A program made the position numbers and the translations under genes. From positions 1,408,001 through 1,472,000 of the forward strand of contig OZ245838.1 of the NCBI GenBank assembly GCA_965228735.1: a stretch of 64,000 nucleotides of DNA, written 5' to 3'. The notes under the pieces are model-generated. The model was given only the letters and a program-made list of their open reading frames with translations, had not been told where the DNA came from and did not search any database. Of this stretch, positions 58,283-64,000 are shown piece after piece (position 1 is the first letter of the stretch; every line of letters starts with the position of its first letter). This DNA comes from Planctomycetota bacterium (lineage in GTDB: Bacteria; Planctomycetota; UBA1135; UBA2386).

Positions 58283-59230
58283 TCACCGCGCGGGCGCGAC
58301 CCCGAGCCCGGGCACCGGCGTGATCGGCGGCAGGTCCGCGACCGTGCGGGCGCGGATCAGCTGCACGCCTTCGGCCAGGAGCGGCCCGAGCGCGCGCGCC
58401 GCTCGGTCGGCCCGGTCCGCCGCGTCGACCGCGAGGAACAGCGTCGAGCCGCTGCCCGTCACGACGACGGGGACGTCGGCGAGCTCGCTGGCCCGCCGCC
58501 GCAGCGTCGCCAACTCCGGCCGGACCGCTTCGGCCGCCGCAGTCAGATCGTTGCTGAACTCGATACGCCAAACGCAGTCCCTGGTGGTAGGCAGACTTGC
58601 GTCGCCACAAGTACCTTGCGGCGGACCGTCGTTCCAGTGCGCTGCAAAGTTTTTGTACACCGCTGCCGTTTCGCAATCGAACGGCGGCACCAGCAGCACC
58701 ACGTGCCGCGTCGGGGCCTGCACCGGCGTGAGCACGTCGCCGACCCCGGTGCCCCAGGCGGCGCCGCCGAGCAGGAAGAACGCGACGTCCGCGCCGAGAC
58801 CACTCGCCAACGCCGGCAGGATGGCCGGATCCAGCGGCACCGGGAGCAGCGCGTTCGCGAGCCGCAGGGCGGCCGCGGCATCGCTGCTGCCCCCGCCGAG
58901 TCCGCCGCCGACGGGCACCCGCTTGCGCAATAGCGCGCGGAATCCCGGCGCGTCGATCCCGGCCCGTGCCGCCGCTGCCTGCACCGCCGCGAGCGCCCGA
59001 CCGACGAGGTTGTCCGCGGCGTTTCCCGCGGGCAACGCGGCCCGCCCGCCGGCGCTCTCCACCTCGAGCTCGAGGCCACCGGCAGTCGCCTCGACCCAGA
59101 GATCGTCGCCGAGGTCGATCGCCTGGAACAGCGTCTCGAGCAGGTGGTAGCCATCATCGCGGCGCCCGACGACGCGCAGCACCAGGTTGAGCTTGGCCGG
59201 CGCGAACGTGTGGCACACGGCGCCGGTCAC
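58283..59230 (-). CDS. ispE: 4-diphosphocytidyl-2-C-methyl-D-erythritol kinase
   Basis: APAKLNL, RDDGYH, KRVPVGGGLGGGSSDAA, LGADV, TGSGS. Confidence 0.95.
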   Translation of the reverse strand: MTGAVCHTFAPAKLNLVLRVVGRRDDGYHLLETLFQAIDLGDDLWVEATAGGLELEVESAGGRAALPAGNAADNLVGRALAAVQAAAARAGIDAPGFRALLRKRVPVGGGLGGGSSDAAAALRLANALLPVPLDPAILPALASGLGADVAFFLLGGAAWGTGVGDVLTPVQAPTRHVVLLVPPFDCETAAVYKNFAAHWNDGPPQGTCGDASLPTTRDCVWRIEFSNDLTAAAEAVRPELATLRRRASELADVPVVVTGSGSTLFLAVDAADRADRAARALGPLLAEGVQLIRARTVADLPPITPVPGLGVAPAR

Positions 59231-60546
59231 GAATCCGCCTCCGCGGCAGCACCGAACGCCAGGTTGTCGATGAGTCGCACCGGTCGCGCGCCGCGCAGGA
59301 GCCGGGCGGCGACGAGCATGCGTCCCCCCGTCACCGGGCCCGCTGGCAGCTCCGCGAGATCGCCCTCGCGCCGCAGCTCGACGTAGTCGATCGTGACGCC
59401 CGACTCGGCTTCGAGCACGGTCGTCGTCGCCGCGATCAGCCGATCGCGATCGGTCTCACCGTCCCGAAACGCCGCGCGCGCCGCGGACAGGGCGCGGAAC
59501 AATACGGTGCTCGCCGCGCGATCGCTGGCTTCGAGGTAGACGTTGCGGCTCGACATCGCGAGCCCGTCGGGCTCGCGCACGATCGGACACGGCACGATCT
59601 CGACCGGGAAACCAAGGTCGCGCACGAGTCGCCGAATCACCGCGAGCTGCTGCGCGTCCTTCTCGCCGAAGTAAGCCCGGTGCGGTCGCGCGATCGCGAA
59701 CAACTTGGCGACGACCGTGGCCACGCCGGTGAAGTGCTCGGGACGAACCGCCCCCTCCATGCCCTCCGCTTCCGCGCCAACGGCGACGCGACTCGCGAAG
59801 CCCTCCGGGTACATCGCGGCCGGCGCCGGCGCGAACACCGCATCCGCGCCGGCCCCCCGGCAGACTTCCACGTCACGTTCGAGCGTGCGTGGATACGCCT
59901 CGAGGTCCTCACCCGCGCCGAACTGCAGCGGATTGACGAACACCGTCACCGCCACGCGGTCGCACTCGGCTCGCGCCCGTTCGATGAGACTCAGGTGCCC
60001 GTCGTGCAGCGCGCCCATCGTCGGCACGAGGCCGACGCGGCAGTCGCCGGCGAGCCACGTCGAACAGCGGGCGGCGAACTCGGCGGGCGAGTGCAGGATC
60101 CGCGGCCGTTTCGAGCGCGGCCAACTGGCCGAATCGGCGCCGAGCTCGCGCAGCGGCCCGGTGACGAACTCGCGATCCCGCCACTGCGGGTGCGGCACGA
60201 CGAGATCGCGGGTGTCGATCTCCTGATCGCCCCACGCGATGAGATCGAGGTCGAGCGGCCGCGGGTGATTCCGCGGCGCGGGCAGCTCGCGGCCGGCGCC
60301 GCGCTCGAGTTGCTTGCACAACGCGAGCAGTGCGTCGGGTGGCAACGTCGTGCGCAGTTCGCAGACCGCGTTGAGGAACGGCCCCTGGGGCGGGCCGACA
60401 CCGACGAGCTCGCTCTCGACGAACGGCGAACACCGCACGTCCGTGACGCCCGGCGCGCCTGCGAGCGCGGCCAGGGCGGTCCGCAACTGCGCCTCGCGGT
60501 CGCCGACGTTGCTGCCGAGGCCGAGGTAGACGAGGATGGAAGGCAA
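59227..60546 (-). CDS. panC: FolK (HPPK) - pantoate-beta-alanine ligase PanC fusion
   Basis: FolK: YLGLGSNVG, FLNAV, PRPLDLDLI, PHP. PanC: VPTMGALHDGH, FVNPLQF, RPEHF.GV, FGEKDAQQ, GLAMSSRN, RLIDN. TTG start inferred. Confidence 0.9.
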   Translation of the reverse strand: MPSILVYLGLGSNVGDREAQLRTALAALAGAPGVTDVRCSPFVESELVGVGPPQGPFLNAVCELRTTLPPDALLALCKQLERGAGRELPAPRNHPRPLDLDLIAWGDQEIDTRDLVVPHPQWRDREFVTGPLRELGADSASWPRSKRPRILHSPAEFAARCSTWLAGDCRVGLVPTMGALHDGHLSLIERARAECDRVAVTVFVNPLQFGAGEDLEAYPRTLERDVEVCRGAGADAVFAPAPAAMYPEGFASRVAVGAEAEGMEGAVRPEHFTGVATVVAKLFAIARPHRAYFGEKDAQQLAVIRRLVRDLGFPVEIVPCPIVREPDGLAMSSRNVYLEASDRAASTVLFRALSAARAAFRDGETDRDRLIAATTTVLEAESGVTIDYVELRREGDLAELPAGPVTGGRMLVAARLLRGARPVRLIDNLAFGAAAEADS

Positions 60547-60557
60547 GCGCGTCGCCG

Positions 60558-61538
60558 TCAGTTCGGACTCGGCGCGGGCGGCCGCGGCGGCGGCGCATCG
60601 AGATCGCCGTCGTGGTGATCGTCCGGCCCCGGCCGGCGCATGACGAAGCGCCAGAGCCCGAGGCCGAGGCCCCAGATCACGTAGCCCACCGTGACTGCGG
60701 CGAGCGCGAACTGCCACTCGACGGCCGCGAGCACGATGAGCACCACGAGGCCCGCGAGGAACGGCAGGCTGTGCCGCCGCTGCACGAGCGCGTGCGCGGC
60801 GTGCGGGAACGGCACGCGGCTCACCATCAGCAGACCGAGCAGCACGAGGACAATCGGCATGCCCTGCACGATCCAGTCGAAGTTGTCGCCGAACACGAGG
60901 CGACCGAGATCGGAACCCGGATCGTCGCGGGTGCAGAACAGCGCGATCAACGACGCGACGACCGCGGCCGCACCCGGCGTCGGCAGCCCGCGGAACTCCG
61001 CGTGGTCCTCGTCGTCGTCTCCCGTCTCGGCGGTGAAACGCGCGAGCCGCAACGCCGCGCACAGCACGTAGACCGCGGCGGCCGCGTAGTAGAGCTTGGG
61101 GCTCAGGGTGAGCAGGCTGTTCTCGTCGACCTGCGCGTGCCAGTCGATGAGCACCTTGCCGATGAACGCCGGCGCGAGGCCGAACGTGACCATGTCACAC
61201 AGGCTGTCGAGCTGCGCGCCGAACGCCGACGTCTGGCCCGTCATGCGCGCGACCCGGCCGTCGACCGCGTCGAGCACCATCGCGACGAAGATCAGGACCG
61301 TCGCGGTCTCGAACAACCCGATCACCGTCTGGAACGGCGCCCCGGGTTGCGCCGCCTGCAGAGCGTCCGCGACCTTCGCGATCGCGAGGAACCCGAAGAA
61401 CAGGTTGCCGAGCGTGACGAGGCTCGGGGCGACCGGCACCTCCTTGAGCCGGCGCAAGCCGCGGCGGCGCCGCGGGTGAGACCCGGATGACGTGCCCGGC
61501 TGGCCGGTCGTCTGGTAATCGTCGAGTCGGGAGGTCAT
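60558..61538 (-). CDS. pssA: CDP-alcohol phosphatidyltransferase (PssA-like)
   Basis: PSLVTLGN, DAVDGRVARMTGQTSAFGAQLDSLCD, RLARF, FRGLPTP. Confidence 0.85.
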   Translation of the reverse strand: MTSRLDDYQTTGQPGTSSGSHPRRRRGLRRLKEVPVAPSLVTLGNLFFGFLAIAKVADALQAAQPGAPFQTVIGLFETATVLIFVAMVLDAVDGRVARMTGQTSAFGAQLDSLCDMVTFGLAPAFIGKVLIDWHAQVDENSLLTLSPKLYYAAAAVYVLCAALRLARFTAETGDDDEDHAEFRGLPTPGAAAVVASLIALFCTRDDPGSDLGRLVFGDNFDWIVQGMPIVLVLLGLLMVSRVPFPHAAHALVQRRHSLPFLAGLVVLIVLAAVEWQFALAAVTVGYVIWGLGLGLWRFVMRRPGPDDHHDGDLDAPPPRPPAPSPN

Positions 61539-61616
61539 CAGCGCTGGAGCCGTTCGGGGGGCAGCATCCTAACCGCGCGCCGGCGCGCAGTCACCGTTCG
61601 TGCTATCGTCGGGCTC

Positions 61617-62243
61617 GTGGCCGATCTGCAGCTTCCCCTTTCGCCGGTGCCGATGTTCCCGCTGCCCGGCGTGTTCCTGTTCCCGCACCAGGTGCTGCCG
61701 CTCCACGTGTTCGAACCGCGCTACCGCGATCTCGTCGGCGACCTGCTGGACGCGACGGGCCGCTTCGTCGTCGCCACCCAGCTCGCGGGCCAGCCGAGCG
61801 AATCCGACACCCCAACGGTTCTGCCGGTCGCCGGCTACGGCGAGATCGTGCGCCACGAGAAGCTGCCGGACGGGCGCTTCCTGATCTGGGTCGTCGGCCT
61901 CGCGCGCGTGCGCGTGCGCGAGGCGAGCGCCGTGGCCACGCGCTATCGCCAGGTCGTCTGCGAACCGTTCGTCGAACAACAGCCTGGCGAGGAGGAAGCC
62001 GAGCAGCTCGCGGCCGAGCTCCACGCCGCGACCAAGGAACGCATCAAGGGCGACCTGCCGCTGCCCGAAACCACGGCGCCCGACCTGCTCGCCGACCTGC
62101 TGGTGCAGACCCTGCGCGCGCCCCAAGACGTGCTCGAACGCGTCTTCGTCGAACCGTCGGTCTCGACGCGGGCCCGCCTGGCGCTCGACGCGGCCACGAA
62201 GTTCGGCGGGCCGTCCGACGGCGACGGCGCGGACGACGAGTAG
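61617..62243 (+). CDS. Stand-alone LON substrate-binding domain protein
   Basis: PMFPLPGVFLFP...LPLHVFEPRYR, LPDGRF. Confidence 0.88.
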   Translation: MADLQLPLSPVPMFPLPGVFLFPHQVLPLHVFEPRYRDLVGDLLDATGRFVVATQLAGQPSESDTPTVLPVAGYGEIVRHEKLPDGRFLIWVVGLARVRVREASAVATRYRQVVCEPFVEQQPGEEEAEQLAAELHAATKERIKGDLPLPETTAPDLLADLLVQTLRAPQDVLERVFVEPSVSTRARLALDAATKFGGPSDGDGADDE

Positions 62244-62396
62244 CCCAACGGCCGATGCCCTCGGCCATCTAGCGGCTGCATGGATGGGGCCATGGCTTCT
62301 CGGGCAGAACTCCGCGCGGGTCGCACGTCGCACCACCGCGGGCGTCGCTACGATCGAGCGCAGCCGGCGCCAGGCCCTTGGCTGGCGCCCGACGCC

Positions 62397-62744
62397 ATGT
62401 CCGATCACGCCCCGCCTACCCGACTCGTCAACTGGTCGCTGATCCTCTGGGGACTCGCTCTCGCCGCGATCCCGTTCGTTCGCATCCGAGAGCTACCGCC
62501 ATGGGTCTGGCTCGGGTGGGGCGTTGCGGCCGCGAACATCGGCATCGGCATCTGGGGGTTGCGGCGCGGCCGCTGGCTCGGCCCGATGTTCGCCGCGCTC
62601 TACCTGCTCGCCATCTGCCTCGTCGCCGCGGGTCCGCTCACCGGCGTCGACATCTATCCCGCCACGGGCGTGCTCTGCCTCACGGTGCTCTCCGTCGGCG
62701 CGGCGATCCTGCACCGGCTGGGTCGGCGCGCCGGCGAGCCGTAG
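62397..62744 (+). CDS. Small four-TM membrane protein
   Basis: Four hydrophobic segments in 115 aa. Confidence 0.6.
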   Translation: MSDHAPPTRLVNWSLILWGLALAAIPFVRIRELPPWVWLGWGVAAANIGIGIWGLRRGRWLGPMFAALYLLAICLVAAGPLTGVDIYPATGVLCLTVLSVGAAILHRLGRRAGEP

Positions 62745-62792
62745 GTCAGAATCCGTCAATACCTCCAACCTCCGTCAATCGATCGTCAACCC

Positions 62793-63830
62793 ATGCGACT
62801 CGCGCCAACCATCACCGTTCTCCTCGTGTCGATGACCACGGCGCTGCCGGCCCAGGACGCTCGCGAGGGGCGCCGCGACGCCGAGCAGATCTGCCGCGAC
62901 TTCGACGCCATCCAGACCCCGTCACTCATCCGGCCCGAACAGCAGGCGGCGGTGCGGCGGCAGAAGGAGACGAAGGCGAGGCTCGTCGCCGAGCTGCTGC
63001 GCTCGTGGCCTGCCCACGAACGGCTGCCCGCACTGCTGCTGTGGCGTTGGTCGACGATGATCTGGTCGTTCGATCAGGCCAAGCTCGTGCTCGACGAGGT
63101 CGAGCCGTATCTCGCCGACACGACGGAGCCGTTCGACCTGCTGCGCAACGCCCGGCTCTCGCGGGCGCGGGCTCTCCTGGAGTTGCGGCGCGGCACCGAT
63201 GAATGCGTCGAAGCCGCGCGGCTCTATCTCGAGGTCGACGCGAAGTCCGCGGTCGGCGGCCACCTCCTGTTCGAGCTCGTGAAGACCCACCGCCTGCCCG
63301 ACGAACTCGCGCGCACGCTGATCGAGCGGATCGGCGAGAGCTTCGCCGAGGACAAGCGCCTCGCGAACGCGGTGCGCGGGTATCGCAGCGTGGCCGGCAA
63401 GATCGGCAAACCACTGCTGCACGAGTTCGACGATCTGCTGACCGGCGCGACGATCACCACGGCGACGTCGCCCGTGCCGTACACGCTCTGCATCTACTGG
63501 TCGACGCAGCCGCCGGCGGAGTCCGCCGCGATCAACGAGCTGCTCGCGACCCGCGACGATCTGCGCGTGATCGGCATCGTGACGTTCCGCGTGGAGGGCG
63601 GTCCCGAGAAAGCCCGCGAGTTGTTGCAGAGCCGCGATATCGCGTGGCCGACCCGCTACGACGCGGAACGGATCAAGAGCCCGTTCACCACCCCGTACCG
63701 GGTGCCGACCGAGCCGTTCTACTTCCTGCTGGACGAGCACGGCCGCGTCGTCCGGTTCGCGTACACGTTCCGCGTCATGCGGACGATGCTCGACGAGCTC
63801 GCGGCGCCGAAGAAGGGCTCGGCGCAATAG
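62793..63830 (+). CDS. Exported helical plus thioredoxin-fold (TlpA-like) protein lacking CxxC
   Basis: Signal peptide; IGKP...IYWST...VIGI...WP...Y.V...P..FLLDEHGRV pattern. Confidence 0.6.
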   Translation: MRLAPTITVLLVSMTTALPAQDAREGRRDAEQICRDFDAIQTPSLIRPEQQAAVRRQKETKARLVAELLRSWPAHERLPALLLWRWSTMIWSFDQAKLVLDEVEPYLADTTEPFDLLRNARLSRARALLELRRGTDECVEAARLYLEVDAKSAVGGHLLFELVKTHRLPDELARTLIERIGESFAEDKRLANAVRGYRSVAGKIGKPLLHEFDDLLTGATITTATSPVPYTLCIYWSTQPPAESAAINELLATRDDLRVIGIVTFRVEGGPEKARELLQSRDIAWPTRYDAERIKSPFTTPYRVPTEPFYFLLDEHGRVVRFAYTFRVMRTMLDELAAPKKGSAQ

Positions 63831-63912
63831 CGCCGGCGCCAGCCGTTTCAGAACTCGATCGGATCCCCGGGCGCGGTTCCGACTCGACCGCGAGATGCTC
63901 TCCGAGTGAGAG

Positions 63913-64000
63913 TCAGTAAGAACCGACGACCGCGCGCAGGCCGTTCGAACCGATCAACGTCGTCGTCGCGCCGAACTCGAACGCCAGGAACTGCTGGTGC
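63913..64000 (-). CDS. C-terminal end of a gene entering from the right, with the conserved C-terminal domain ending
   Basis: Reads HQQFLAFEFGATTTLIGSNGLRAVVGSY-stop; resembles the Q...S[DN]...V[GN] ends of 8069, 32044 and 34689. Confidence 0.55.
   Translation of the reverse strand, partial: HQQFLAFEFGATTTLIGSNGLRAVVGSY

Overview
High-GC bacterial chromosome segment, most likely Planctomycetota (inferred from the PilM-PilN fusion, a planctomycete-style ECF sigma/Ser-Thr kinase pair, zinc-ribbon SpoVG and prenyltransferase-repeat proteins). It holds about 44 protein genes; I saw no rRNA, tRNA, CRISPR array or mobile element. Housekeeping blocks are rpmI-rplT-pheS-pheT, rsmE, an RlmI-like methyltransferase, and pssA-folK/panC-ispE-spoVG-DUF2520-aroDE. 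The most notable accessory locus is a co-oriented cluster at 41.7-51.4 kb. It encodes a membrane-bound [4Fe-4S]/FAD/NAD(P)H oxidoreductase with a His-rich membrane domain, a 23-heme cytochrome, a beta-barrel-like outer-membrane protein, and 7-heme and 11-heme lipoprotein cytochromes. I infer a cytoplasm-to-surface electron conduit. Other highlights: an AhpD-like CxxU selenoprotein candidate split by UGA and followed by a SECIS-like hairpin; three paralogous ATP-grasp enzymes around glycogen synthase; a conserved C-terminal domain on four different exported proteins; and a FolK-PanC fusion. Start codons were chosen by eye and products are motif-based, with no database searches run.
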